DNA of 64,000 nt from Minisyncoccota bacterium (GTDB lineage: Bacteria > Patescibacteriota > Minisyncoccia > UBA6257 > 2-01-FULL-56-20), in contig DATCDU010000011.1 in assembly GCA_036510525.1 (NCBI GenBank), forward strand, positions 2,241-66,240, given 5' to 3'. The notes beneath the pieces are model-generated. The model was given only the letters and a program-made list of their open reading frames with translations. It was not told the origin of the DNA and made no database searches. Made by a program: the position numbers and the translations under genes. Of this stretch, positions 50,300 through 60,051 are shown in pieces. Numbering within the stretch: position 1 is the first letter of the stretch; each line of letters begins with the position of its first letter.

Positions 50300-51034
50300 A
50301 TGCTCGGCCGTGGCTTGCAACAGGATCAGAATGGAAATTGGGTCCTTACCAAGCTATTCGAGGTGTGCGACGAAAAAGGCGCGCATCTCCCGACGGCGCT
50401 TCCCGAAGACGACGACAACCCGAACTCCTGCATCGGCGGCAGCGAACTGAACATTTTGGCCGGCGTAGAGCTGTACAAATATTTTCACCCGGCCATGACC
50501 GTGTTCGCCTACGGCATGCGCTCGAACTATCTGCGCAACATCAACGCACCGAGCGAATGCGTGGTTGGAACGAAAAAATTCCTCGAGATCGCGCGGGAAG
50601 AGGGCGAAACCCCCGAGGTGGAGATTTTCCGCGAAGGGGAATGGAACCAGCCGACCTCAGGAACGGATGCGGAGATACATAACATCTTCTCATTGGTATT
50701 AGCCCCGGATCTGCAAATCGCGAACGTCGCCATCGTGACCGTTGCGGTGCACGTGCCGCGGACGGCGCTCATGGTCCAGGGCCACATGCAGAATCCGGAA
50801 TTTGCGGGACGCATCTTCCCGCAGATCTACGTCGCGGAACAGATCCTGGAAACAGCAGATCCTGAACAGTATGCCGGCCTCTGGGCACGATCCATCGGCT
50901 CGCAGTCGTTCACCCGCACATTCCAGCGGGAGATCGGTTTCGGCGGCGTCTATCCGCGCGGTGGCGTCAACGCATACTTCGCGGGGATCAGGCAGACCGA
51001 CTCATCCAAAGTCCCCGCTGCGGCAGGCATATAG
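50300..51034 (+). CDS. hypothetical protein, weakly DUF218/ElyC-like; true start possibly TTG 50248 via a frameshift
   Basis: LGRG, SE, GTDAE, IVT..HVPR pattern; own promoter and terminator. Confidence 0.6.
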   Translation: MLGRGLQQDQNGNWVLTKLFEVCDEKGAHLPTALPEDDDNPNSCIGGSELNILAGVELYKYFHPAMTVFAYGMRSNYLRNINAPSECVVGTKKFLEIAREEGETPEVEIFREGEWNQPTSGTDAEIHNIFSLVLAPDLQIANVAIVTVAVHVPRTALMVQGHMQNPEFAGRIFPQIYVAEQILETADPEQYAGLWARSIGSQSFTRTFQREIGFGGVYPRGGVNAYFAGIRQTDSSKVPAAAGI

Positions 51035-51173
51035 GTCTCCCGCAGCAACTCATAAGAGCTTTGCCCGCCCCCGGCAGGCTCTTTTTTTATTGACATTCGA
51101 GTTAAAGAGTGCGATAGTTCCCGCGGAAACAGATTTACAATTCACCACCGTCAGACAAGAAAGAGAGGATATC

Positions 51174-52094
51174 TTGAACCTGAATGAGTTGGTATCACGT
51201 CCACCATGCACTCCACTCGTGGCGGCCCTGATACATTCGATCCGCATCACCGGATTGGCCATAAAGGGGGTACCACGCGAAGCGACCATCAAGGTCGGGG
51301 AAGGCCATCGCTCGATCATCACGAAAGCGGACGCTTTCTCCAACGAGAGCGTGTTCGGCTCTCTTGCGAATTTCTCAAATCTGCGGATCCTGTGCGAAGA
51401 GGAAATATCTGACGAGCGGGCCATCTCCAAGGAAAATCCCGTCGGTATTTTTAACGGGCAACGGGTCGTCTTCGACCCGCTAGATGGCTCAACTCTCTTT
51501 GCCCGCCATGATCCCGAATGGTGCATCGGCGCCGGTCTATTTGAAGAGGGTACGGCCACGGCGACCGTGATCACCACTCCACAAGCCAACGGAGGAACCA
51601 CTCTTTTCAGTTTCGATGGCACCGTCCACGTCATGGAAGGGAGCGGCGACGTGAAAACAGTCGGAGCAATGGTGGAGAAACCCCTGAAAGAGTGCACGAT
51701 CCTGCGCGGCGTCGACACCGAGCTGTATGCCAACGTTCTCACGATCATGCCGAAGGTCGCGGCAAGCGTGCGGGCAGTCGACATGAAGGGGTCGGGGCAC
51801 TATGGTCTGATGTCGGTCGCGCTCGGCCGCGCGGATGCCATCATCCAAACGCCTCAAAAACCCTGGGATTGGGCACCGGCGTATCATGCCGTTACGACGG
51901 CGGGCGGCGTGTTCCAATTCTTCCGCCTGAAGGACGGCGTCCTGATCCCGGTCGATAGTTATGACGAGCGCGCGTTCAAAGCCGGGAAGGAAAATCGTCT
52001 CGGCTTTGTCGCGGGCGAATCATCGCTTGTGGAACGGCTCTTCTCGCTTCTCCCACGGAGCGGATGGGAACGCCACGACCCGGACACGATCTAG
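51174..52094 (+). CDS. inositol monophosphatase-family protein
   Basis: TKAD, CEE, DPLDGS, PWDWAP; TTG start after GAGAGGA. Confidence 0.88.
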   Translation: MNLNELVSRPPCTPLVAALIHSIRITGLAIKGVPREATIKVGEGHRSIITKADAFSNESVFGSLANFSNLRILCEEEISDERAISKENPVGIFNGQRVVFDPLDGSTLFARHDPEWCIGAGLFEEGTATATVITTPQANGGTTLFSFDGTVHVMEGSGDVKTVGAMVEKPLKECTILRGVDTELYANVLTIMPKVAASVRAVDMKGSGHYGLMSVALGRADAIIQTPQKPWDWAPAYHAVTTAGGVFQFFRLKDGVLIPVDSYDERAFKAGKENRLGFVAGESSLVERLFSLLPRSGWERHDPDTI

Positions 52095-52145
52095 GCAGGA
52101 CAGAACCAAAAAGCCCGTTTCGCATCACGCGAGACGGGCCATTTT

Positions 52146-52757
52146 TTATTTTGCTTCCTGCGTGCTCTCCCACTTTCCCTTCTGCTTTTGGAACTTTGGG
52201 TGCGAGACGATCAGGTGCCACACGACCGCCTGGAAAGCTTCTGTGTGCGGGGTCACGTTATCGGGATTTACGACGGGCACAATGACGACCGCATCCGCCA
52301 CCTGCGCGGTATGTCCCCCGTCGCGGCCGACGACGCCCACGATCTTGGCACCCACCTGCTTTGCGTACTTCAATGCTTCAATGATGTTGGCGCTGATGTT
52401 CTTCTCCGCATTGCCGCCACCGACGGAGAACACCATAATGCAATCCTCCGGACGGAGATTGCTTCCGATAAGCCAATTCGAAAAGACGGTATGAAACCCG
52501 TCGTCGTTCGTGCGCGCCGTGATCTCCGAGACATTGTCCACCGGCGTATATGCCTCCATACCGGCAAGCTTCCGGAAGTCATTCACCGCATGGCTCGCAT
52601 GGCCGGCACCGCCGCCGACGCCGATGATGAAGAGGCGTCCTTTTTCGTCGCGGACCCGGGCGAGAACCTTGATCATTTTATTGATGTCCTCACGATCCAA
52701 TTTTTGTGCGATCTCCGCCACCTCCTTCAAATATTTATCCGCGTGTTCTTTATACAT
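52146..52757 (-). CDS. gmhA: SIS-domain sugar-phosphate isomerase (GmhA/LmbN-like)
   Basis: GVGGGAGHASH, TARTND, SVGGG. Confidence 0.8.
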   Translation of the reverse strand: MYKEHADKYLKEVAEIAQKLDREDINKMIKVLARVRDEKGRLFIIGVGGGAGHASHAVNDFRKLAGMEAYTPVDNVSEITARTNDDGFHTVFSNWLIGSNLRPEDCIMVFSVGGGNAEKNISANIIEALKYAKQVGAKIVGVVGRDGGHTAQVADAVVIVPVVNPDNVTPHTEAFQAVVWHLIVSHPKFQKQKGKWESTQEAK

Positions 52758-52781
52758 AATAGTCCTAATGTGAGGTTCGTT

Positions 52782-53510
52782 TTACGATTCGTATAAAGTA
52801 TACCCCACTTTCTGCCCGTCCTCGTAGAACATCTTCACGGTCTGGATGGACAGCTCATGATGGTCGATGCCGATCTGCACCGTTTTCTTCAGAATATCCG
52901 CGGGAACCGTGATGATCTTGGCGCCGGCGAACTCCGCCTGGTAAATATTGAACAGTTCACGCGTGCTCGCCCATAACAGTTCGTACGCGGGAAACGGCTT
53001 GAGCAATTTTGCGGACTGCTCCATCAGCGGGATCGGATCCACTCCGGTGTCCGCGACACGCCCGGCGAAGACCGATATGATCGCGGGGATATCCTTGCGC
53101 AACGCCGGCAGAACGCTCTTCACCTGTTCTATCGTAAGGATGGCGGTGACGTTCAACTTTACCCCGCTCGCCGCGAGCTTCTGGATCAGTTCGAGCGATG
53201 GAGCTCCTTTCGTGTTCGTGATCGGGATCTTCACGTATACATTATCTCCCCACGAATCGATGATGTGCGCCTGACGCTCCATCTCGGAAAAATCGTCTGA
53301 GAACACCTCGAACGATATCGGCTTGTTTTTGACCTCGGCCAGCACCTCCTTTGCGAACCCCGCGTAATCGGTCACGCCGGCCTTGCGCATGAGCGTCGGG
53401 TTGGTGGTGAATCCACTGATGAACGGCTGGTGGTATAGCTCTAATATACTCGCTTTTTCGGCGCCGTCGGCGTATATCTTGATATTCAATTCATCCAATG
53501 GCCTTGGCAT
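52782..53510 (-). CDS. transaldolase
   Basis: YADGA, GFTTNPTL, VYVKIP, NVT, SVFAGR. Confidence 0.92.
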   Translation of the reverse strand: MPRPLDELNIKIYADGAEKASILELYHQPFISGFTTNPTLMRKAGVTDYAGFAKEVLAEVKNKPISFEVFSDDFSEMERQAHIIDSWGDNVYVKIPITNTKGAPSLELIQKLAASGVKLNVTAILTIEQVKSVLPALRKDIPAIISVFAGRVADTGVDPIPLMEQSAKLLKPFPAYELLWASTRELFNIYQAEFAGAKIITVPADILKKTVQIGIDHHELSIQTVKMFYEDGQKVGYTLYES

Positions 53511-53556
53511 ATGAAAAACAAATACCCAGATACTCTACGACTTGTGGGCTGCAACG

Positions 53557-54582
53557 TCAACGCTTGAGCCGGACGCTTTTCTTGGCCTTTGATGCGGCGT
53601 AGATCGCCTCGATGATCTGGTTGGCGCGCAGGCCGTCGAGCGGGCCGCCGTTCACTTTTTCTTTCCCGGCGATCGCGTTCGCGAAATTCATCCATTCGCG
53701 ATCCCAGCTGTCGTCCTTCCCGCCAAACTTGAACACTGTAAGTGTCGGCGCGAATCCCAAATTCGTCTTCCCGTACGTGAGCATCTCTTCGCCATAACTG
53801 CCATTTTTTCCGTCGATCTGCAGATAACCTTTATCCCCAAATACTTCGAATGAAAAAATATTCTTCCAATTGGTAGTGCTCACGTGGAAGGAAACCGTCA
53901 CGTGGTCATTCGTCATTAATGCGAAGGCATTATCGTCCACCTTCGCTTTCCAATATTTCGTTTGAGTAAGACCGTACACCTCTTTGAATTCCCCGCCGAA
54001 CCAACGCGCGAGATCGATGATGTGCACTCCCTGGTCCAGGAGCTCGCCGCCGCCCGAGATTTTTTTGTTGAACCGCCATTCTTTTTCCATCCCTTTCCTG
54101 CCGCCATGCCCGTACCGTGAACGGAGGAAGAGCACCTTTCCGATGCCACCTTTTTCCATGATCTCGTGCGCCTTCATGAGCCCTTCGTGGAACCGATGGT
54201 TGAATCCTACCTTCACAACCCGGCGCGATGTGCGGGCGGCGGCGAGCATCTTCTTGGATTCGGCCGCGGTAATGCCAAATGGTTTCTCAGAGAGCACGTG
54301 TTTCTTGTGCGCGAGCGCGGCGAGAACGATGGGTGCGGTGAACGCGTTCGGCACCGCCACGACGACCGCGTCGATGTCCGGCCGCCTCACGAGTTTTTTC
54401 CAATCAGCCATGGCTTCCACGCCGTAGGCATCGGCAAGGGCTTTGGCGCGGTCGAGGTCGGGATCGGCCACGGTGACCAGCCGAGTGCCAGGTCTCGTCG
54501 CGATGATCTTCGCACGTTTGGCGCCGATCAGTCCTGCGCCGATGATCCCCACGCGTAGCTGCTTTTTTTTCATTTTCTTCAT
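53557..54582 (-). CDS. Gfo/Idh/MocA oxidoreductase
   Basis: GAGLIG, EKP, GFNHRF, GGGELLDQGVH. Confidence 0.92.
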   Translation of the reverse strand: MKKMKKKQLRVGIIGAGLIGAKRAKIIATRPGTRLVTVADPDLDRAKALADAYGVEAMADWKKLVRRPDIDAVVVAVPNAFTAPIVLAALAHKKHVLSEKPFGITAAESKKMLAAARTSRRVVKVGFNHRFHEGLMKAHEIMEKGGIGKVLFLRSRYGHGGRKGMEKEWRFNKKISGGGELLDQGVHIIDLARWFGGEFKEVYGLTQTKYWKAKVDDNAFALMTNDHVTVSFHVSTTNWKNIFSFEVFGDKGYLQIDGKNGSYGEEMLTYGKTNLGFAPTLTVFKFGGKDDSWDREWMNFANAIAGKEKVNGGPLDGLRANQIIEAIYAASKAKKSVRLKR

Positions 54583-55436
54583 AGATTTACCCGCCGAAGC
54601 GTGAGTTTATCGCTCTCCATTAATCGGGTAATGTCTTCCTTTGTCCATTCGCCGTATTTATCCCACACGGCGCTCAACAATTTTCCGCTCAGGCCATCGG
54701 AATCGGCCGAGGCAAGAAATACGCATAGCTCTGCCGCCTTCTCGGGGGGAACGCCTCCCTCTTTCTTTTGCTTCAAAAGTTTTTCGTACATCGCCTTGCC
54801 CACCAAAACTTCTCCGGCCGCGAGCGCATCCTCCAGAATTTTCGTGTTCACCGGACCGGGCGCAATGACGTTCACGTCGATATTTTTCCCTTCCACCTCT
54901 TTTGCCAATGTCTCGGTAAGGCGAACGATGGCCACCTTTGATGTGCTGTATGCGCTAAAATGCGGCAACGGCCCGTCGCCGCCGCCGGAAAAGTTGATGA
55001 TCTTCTTTCGGCGAACACCATTCGATGATCGTTCGAGGATGGGAATGGCCTGCTGGATCACATTGAGGGCGCCGAACAGATTGATGTCGAATGTTTTTTT
55101 CCATTCCTCCGCATCCACTTCCGCGACGGTGCCGATCGCACCGTATATACCTGCCGCGTTCACCACGATATCAATCGTGCCGAATTTCTCTTCGGCAAAC
55201 TTCATCAATGCGGCCACTTCGCTCTTCTTGGAAACGTCCGCGGGGAACACTTCCACCGCGCCGCCGCTCGCCAGTTCCGCCTTTGCGGCGACGAGCTCTT
55301 CTTTTGACCGTGCGGCAAGCACCACGCTCGCTCCCTCGCGCAGGAACGCCGCCGCGATCGCCTTTCCGATCCCGCGGCTGCCCCCCGTTATGACCGCAAT
55401 TTTATCTTGGAGTTTCATATGATTATTGTCTGCCAA
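54579..55436 (-). CDS. short-chain dehydrogenase/reductase
   Basis: TGGSRGIG, VNAAG, YSTSK. Confidence 0.92.
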   Translation of the reverse strand: MADNNHMKLQDKIAVITGGSRGIGKAIAAAFLREGASVVLAARSKEELVAAKAELASGGAVEVFPADVSKKSEVAALMKFAEEKFGTIDIVVNAAGIYGAIGTVAEVDAEEWKKTFDINLFGALNVIQQAIPILERSSNGVRRKKIINFSGGGDGPLPHFSAYSTSKVAIVRLTETLAKEVEGKNIDVNVIAPGPVNTKILEDALAAGEVLVGKAMYEKLLKQKKEGGVPPEKAAELCVFLASADSDGLSGKLLSAVWDKYGEWTKEDITRLMESDKLTLRRVNL

Positions 55437-56724
55437 CCCCTCGGTATATCAACCCCGCATCTTTGATCTTCTCCTCATATTCATTATAGAGGAAGTTATT
55501 GGTATCAAATATGACCGCCTTCGGATGGCAGGCGGCCGCCAGGTGCGAGAAATCGATCTCTTTGAATTCCGGCCATGGCGTCGCCACCACGATGCCGTCA
55601 CATCCGGCGGCGGCCTCGTAGGGATCCGTAAAGAAGGGTAATTCGGTCATCGCAGCAACCTCGCTTGCGATCGCGTGGGGATCTTGCAAAACCACCGTTG
55701 CGCCGCTCGCGCAGAGCCGCGCGGCGAACTCAATGGAGCGCGAGCGGCGCAGCGTAGTCGTGCCCGCTTTATACGTCACCCCGAAGACCGCGATCTTCTT
55801 GCCATTCACCCCGCCCAGAAGTTGGGTAAACCGCTCCGCCAGCGCTTTTTCCCGTCCGGCGTTCTTTTCCCATGCGCTCGTGATGACCGGGACGGAGATG
55901 TGGCTCTCTTTCGCCGCCGCGCCGAGCGCGCGAAGATCCCTGCCGAGCGTCCCACCCGAAAATCCAAGGCCGGCGCCGAGGAATGCTCCCTTGCCGATGC
56001 GGGGATCGGAGCGTAACGCGCGGACCACGTCCACTACATCGGCGCCCTTTGCTTCGCACACATCGGCAATGTCATTAATAAAGCTCAGTGATGTGGCAAG
56101 GAATGCATTGAGCGCATGCTTCGCCATCTCCGCCGAGGGAACGGACATCGCGATGATCTCGGCGTGTAAAGGAGAAAATATCTTCTCCACCGTTTCACGC
56201 GCGGCAACCTCATTCGTACCGATCACGATCCTTCCGGGCTCGAAGAAACATCGTACCGCATCACCGAGGCGCAGATTTTCCGGCGTATAGACGTAACGCA
56301 CCTTCATTTCCGGGCGCTTCGCATGAATGGTTGCGATGACCTTTTCGGAAGTGCCCACCGGCACCTGGCTCGTCATCACAAAGACAACGTCTTCCATGAG
56401 ATGCGGGATCGCCTTATCAAGCGCCGCATAAATGATCGCCATCTGTACGTCATCATGGTCATCCACCGGCGTGTCGAAGGTAAACCAAACGACCTCACAT
56501 TTTTTTATCTCGCCCATATCGGTCGAGTAGCGCAATCTTCCTTCTTTGATATTCTTCGCAAGCAATGCCTCGAGTCCTGCCTCGCCGAGGGGAGGGATTC
56601 CCTCCGAGAGGCCCTTGACCACGGCCGCATCTTCATCGATCCCAATCACGGCGTGCCCGAGTTCCGCGAGCCCTGCCGAATACGTCTCTCCCAATTGCCA
56701 GAGACCAATGACTGCGATGGTCAT
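55423..56724 (-). CDS. UDP-glucose/GDP-mannose dehydrogenase-like protein lacking the catalytic Cys
   Basis: PENLR, AEMAKHALNAFLA, DPRIG; GFSGGTLGRD where the family has GFGGSCFPKD. Confidence 0.88.
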   Translation of the reverse strand: MTIAVIGLWQLGETYSAGLAELGHAVIGIDEDAAVVKGLSEGIPPLGEAGLEALLAKNIKEGRLRYSTDMGEIKKCEVVWFTFDTPVDDHDDVQMAIIYAALDKAIPHLMEDVVFVMTSQVPVGTSEKVIATIHAKRPEMKVRYVYTPENLRLGDAVRCFFEPGRIVIGTNEVAARETVEKIFSPLHAEIIAMSVPSAEMAKHALNAFLATSLSFINDIADVCEAKGADVVDVVRALRSDPRIGKGAFLGAGLGFSGGTLGRDLRALGAAAKESHISVPVITSAWEKNAGREKALAERFTQLLGGVNGKKIAVFGVTYKAGTTTLRRSRSIEFAARLCASGATVVLQDPHAIASEVAAMTELPFFTDPYEAAAGCDGIVVATPWPEFKEIDFSHLAAACHPKAVIFDTNNFLYNEYEEKIKDAGLIYRGVGRQ

Positions 56725-56728
56725 GGGG

Positions 56729-57715
56729 TCAGAAATCCACCAACACCTTTGAGCCCTCAAAATCAAAACGATACCGCATTTCGCGGAGGCCGAGGTTGAG
56801 CATCGCTTCCCTGAATTTCCGCTGGTCGCCCGGAACATAGAACGTGAAGAACCCGCCGCCGCCCGCGCCGGATATCTTTCCGCCCAAGGCACCGCTCGCG
56901 AGCGCGATGTCGTAAATCTTGTCGAATTCCGGATTGCTCATCCTGGCGGAGATCTTCTTCTTGTGTTGCCAGTGCGCGTGGAACTTCTTCCCGATCTCGT
57001 CGATATTCCCCTCCTCGGCGGCCTCCAATATTTCGTATCCGATCTCCTTGATGTAATGCATGCTGTCCACCACGCTCTTGTCCTCTTCTTTAACGCTCTT
57101 CGTCTGTTCCGCAAGGATCGTCTCCGCGCTCCGCGTGACGCCGGTAAAGAACACGAGGAGGTTGTGGTTCAACTCGTCGGCGACCTCCATGGAGACGCCC
57201 GCCTTTCGAACCTTCACCTTCCCGTCCTCTGCGATATCAAGTACGGTGAGCCCGCCGAAGGCGGCCATATAAGGATCCTGTTTTCCGATCGTATGCTTGA
57301 GGATCTCCGCCTCGATCTTGAAATCCTCTTCTGCAATCTCTGCCAAACTTACGTAATCACGCTTGAGTGTGTGCACTGCATGGAGCAATCCCACCGCATA
57401 GCAGCTGGATGAACCCAGTCCCGTTCCCGCAGGAATGTCCGCGACGGAACTGATCTCAATGTTCTTCTCGATGCCGGTAAAGCGGAGCACCTCGCGGGCG
57501 ATCTCATGCTGGACCTCGTTCACGCTTTCAACGGTTTCCGATTTTGAATACTTTACCCGAATGAGATCATCCGCCGAAGGGCGGTTCACGTCCACGAACA
57601 TATATTTATTGATGCCTGTGGAGAAAATGAACCCGCCGTGCTTTGAATAATAGGAAGGGAGGTCGGTTCCGCCGCCGCCGAGCGTGATACGGAAAGGAGT
57701 TCGCGTAATGATCAT
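56729..57715 (-). CDS. GHMP sugar-phosphate 1-kinase (HddA/LmbP-like)
   Basis: RTPFRITLGGGGTD, GTGLGSS, GKQD, GAGGGG. Confidence 0.92.
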   Translation of the reverse strand: MIITRTPFRITLGGGGTDLPSYYSKHGGFIFSTGINKYMFVDVNRPSADDLIRVKYSKSETVESVNEVQHEIAREVLRFTGIEKNIEISSVADIPAGTGLGSSSCYAVGLLHAVHTLKRDYVSLAEIAEEDFKIEAEILKHTIGKQDPYMAAFGGLTVLDIAEDGKVKVRKAGVSMEVADELNHNLLVFFTGVTRSAETILAEQTKSVKEEDKSVVDSMHYIKEIGYEILEAAEEGNIDEIGKKFHAHWQHKKKISARMSNPEFDKIYDIALASGALGGKISGAGGGGFFTFYVPGDQRKFREAMLNLGLREMRYRFDFEGSKVLVDF

Positions 57716-57748
57716 GGCTCTTATACTATACCCGCCCCAATGGAATGT

Positions 57749-58669
57749 CTACTTGATATTGCCCTTTTCCATCTCCGCTTTCAGGAAGGCGATCTGGGTG
57801 CGTAATCCATCCTCGAGTGAGGTCTTGGCATGCCATCCTACCGCTTCCGCATCTTTTGTATCAGCATTCGTCATAACAGGGACATGGCCTTCCGGACCCG
57901 GCTTGATGGTCGGTTCAATGGAAACTCCCATCACTTTTTCAATGGTCTCCCACACCTCTTTTATGCTCGAGCTCTTTCCCGTGCCGAGGCGGAATATTTT
58001 ATTGTTCACCGCATCGTTCGTGAGGCACATGAGGTGAAAGTCGCTCAGGTCATCAACGTAAATGAAATCGCGGCCGTCCCGTTCGTATCCCTCGTAAAAC
58101 ACCGGAGGCTCTCCTTTGAATGCTTTCAGGATGAATGCGGTCATCACCGGAGGATTGGGCAGCCGGCGATAATCCTGTCGCGGACCATAAACATTGAAAT
58201 AGCGCGGGAGTACGTAATCAACCCCCCACGCGGCGCGGTATCCTTCGGCGATCTTCTCGCACGCGATCTTGCTGATCGCATAAAATCCTTTGAGGCGTGC
58301 CCCGCCTTCTTCCAACGCGGATGATGATGCAAATATCACTTTCTTGACGCCCGCGCGCTTTGCCGCCTCAAACACGTTCGCCGTGCCATGCACATTGATG
58401 TCCATCGTCTCCACCGGATCGTTCTGACACGCGATCAGATCGTTCTTTGCCGCCAGGTGGAACACCGCCTCCACGCCTTCGAACGCCGGATAGATATCTT
58501 TCGAACGGACGTCGAGCTTTCTAAAATCGACTCCCGCTGGAATCTGCTCTTTTTTCCCATATGCCAGATTGTCGATGCCGATCACGTCATAGGCCGCCGC
58601 GAGCAGCCGATCGGCGAGATTGCTACCGATGAAACCGGCGACGCCCGTGACCAATATCTTTTTTGCCAT
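57749..58669 (-). CDS. NAD-dependent epimerase/dehydratase
   Basis: TGVAGFIG, SS, YAISK, YFNVYGP. Confidence 0.9.
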   Translation of the reverse strand: MAKKILVTGVAGFIGSNLADRLLAAAYDVIGIDNLAYGKKEQIPAGVDFRKLDVRSKDIYPAFEGVEAVFHLAAKNDLIACQNDPVETMDINVHGTANVFEAAKRAGVKKVIFASSSALEEGGARLKGFYAISKIACEKIAEGYRAAWGVDYVLPRYFNVYGPRQDYRRLPNPPVMTAFILKAFKGEPPVFYEGYERDGRDFIYVDDLSDFHLMCLTNDAVNNKIFRLGTGKSSSIKEVWETIEKVMGVSIEPTIKPGPEGHVPVMTNADTKDAEAVGWHAKTSLEDGLRTQIAFLKAEMEKGNIK

Positions 58670-58687
58670 GATAATTGGTGTGTGTTT

Positions 58688-59995
58688 TTACTCGTCCATC
58701 TTCCTGCTCTCTTCTATGCGATAGCTATCAGCATCGTCGTGATGCGTACTGAACTCCATAATGAGCGAATCCTCGATGCCGGCGAATCGATGTGGCGTAT
58801 TTGGCGGAACCCGGATGAACGATCCCGGCCGCAGATGCATCACTTCGTCCCCCAGTTCAAAACGGATCTGCCCCTCGGTCACTAAGAAGGTCTCGTCCTT
58901 ATTTTTATGATAATGCAAGCTGCACTGGTACCCCTTGTTCACCCCCAATATTTTGCAACAATATCGGTCATTGTTTTCCACCCATCGTTCATAACCCCAT
59001 ACCTTTGGGGTCATACTGATACCCTCCACGTGGTTTGTCGTCCTTAACGCCGACATAAGCTCCTCGCGCGAAAGCGTGGCAGTTCCGGGCTTCTGTACAA
59101 CGATCGAGCCGGCTTCATTTGCAAGCATCACGGCATCGTCGATATTAAGCCCCCCCGCCATACCAAGCGCCAGAACTGCGATGGAGGTATCCCCCGCGCC
59201 GGAGACGTCGAACACTTTTATTTTTTTGCCGGGCGCATGATAGTGCGAAGCATCCTCACGGCGAAAGAGCGACATGCCTTCGCCCCCGAGCGTCACAATC
59301 GCGTGCGCGCCGAATTCCTGCACAAGCTTGGGGCCGACATCCAGAAGATCGGAGAGCCCCGTCATCTCGCGCGCTTCTTTAAGATTCGGCGTGATAACAT
59401 CCACCCCAAAGAAATATTTTTTATGCGCTGGCTTTAAGTCGGCGAGGACCGTCTTCTTTTCGGTCTTTGCGAGGGCGATAATCTTTTGTGCAAACTGTTC
59501 CGAAAAAAAACCCTTGCCGTAATCCGAAAGGACAATGACGTCGCATTCTTTTACCAGAGGCAGAAGCAATGCGTAACTGCGCTCTTCTTCCGTGGGGGTG
59601 AGATTTCCCCTCTGTTCACTATCCAGTCGAAGAAGCTGATGATTTTCGCCGAAGACGATGCGCTGCTTTTCGATCGTGGGCCTATTCGAGAATCTAAGGA
59701 TAGCCTTGGCATCAATGTTGCTCTGTTCGAGCAACCCCGTGATGAGGTCTCCTGCCTCGTCGTCTCCCATCACGCCCACCAGCGAAACACTGGCGCCGAG
59801 CGCGGCGAGGTTATTGGCAACGTTCGCCGCACCGCCAAGTGTGATCTTTTCCGATTTTTTTAAGACGACCGGGACGGGCGCCTCGGGCGAGATCCGATCG
59901 ACGTCACCAAACGTCCATCGGTCCAACATGATGTCGCCCATGACAACGGCCTTCACTCCCTTAAATTTACCTATCGCAAACCTCAGATCGGACAT
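58688..59995 (-). CDS. HldA/RfaE1-type heptose-7-phosphate kinase fused to a cupin domain
   Basis: GDIMLD, RISPEAPVPV, SDYGKG, DVSGAGDT; C-terminal KVWGYE...SLHYHKNKDETF cupin. Confidence 0.9.
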   Translation of the reverse strand: MSDLRFAIGKFKGVKAVVMGDIMLDRWTFGDVDRISPEAPVPVVLKKSEKITLGGAANVANNLAALGASVSLVGVMGDDEAGDLITGLLEQSNIDAKAILRFSNRPTIEKQRIVFGENHQLLRLDSEQRGNLTPTEEERSYALLLPLVKECDVIVLSDYGKGFFSEQFAQKIIALAKTEKKTVLADLKPAHKKYFFGVDVITPNLKEAREMTGLSDLLDVGPKLVQEFGAHAIVTLGGEGMSLFRREDASHYHAPGKKIKVFDVSGAGDTSIAVLALGMAGGLNIDDAVMLANEAGSIVVQKPGTATLSREELMSALRTTNHVEGISMTPKVWGYERWVENNDRYCCKILGVNKGYQCSLHYHKNKDETFLVTEGQIRFELGDEVMHLRPGSFIRVPPNTPHRFAGIEDSLIMEFSTHHDDADSYRIEESRKMDE

Positions 59996-60051
59996 ACCAT
60001 ATAATGTACAGAGTATAGACCACGCTGTAAAGGTAAGATATCATAATCACT

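Noticed and set aside
50742-51173. N-terminal extension of the inositol monophosphatase ORF
   Set aside because: It crosses the previous gene, a terminator and a promoter; the SD supports TTG 51174
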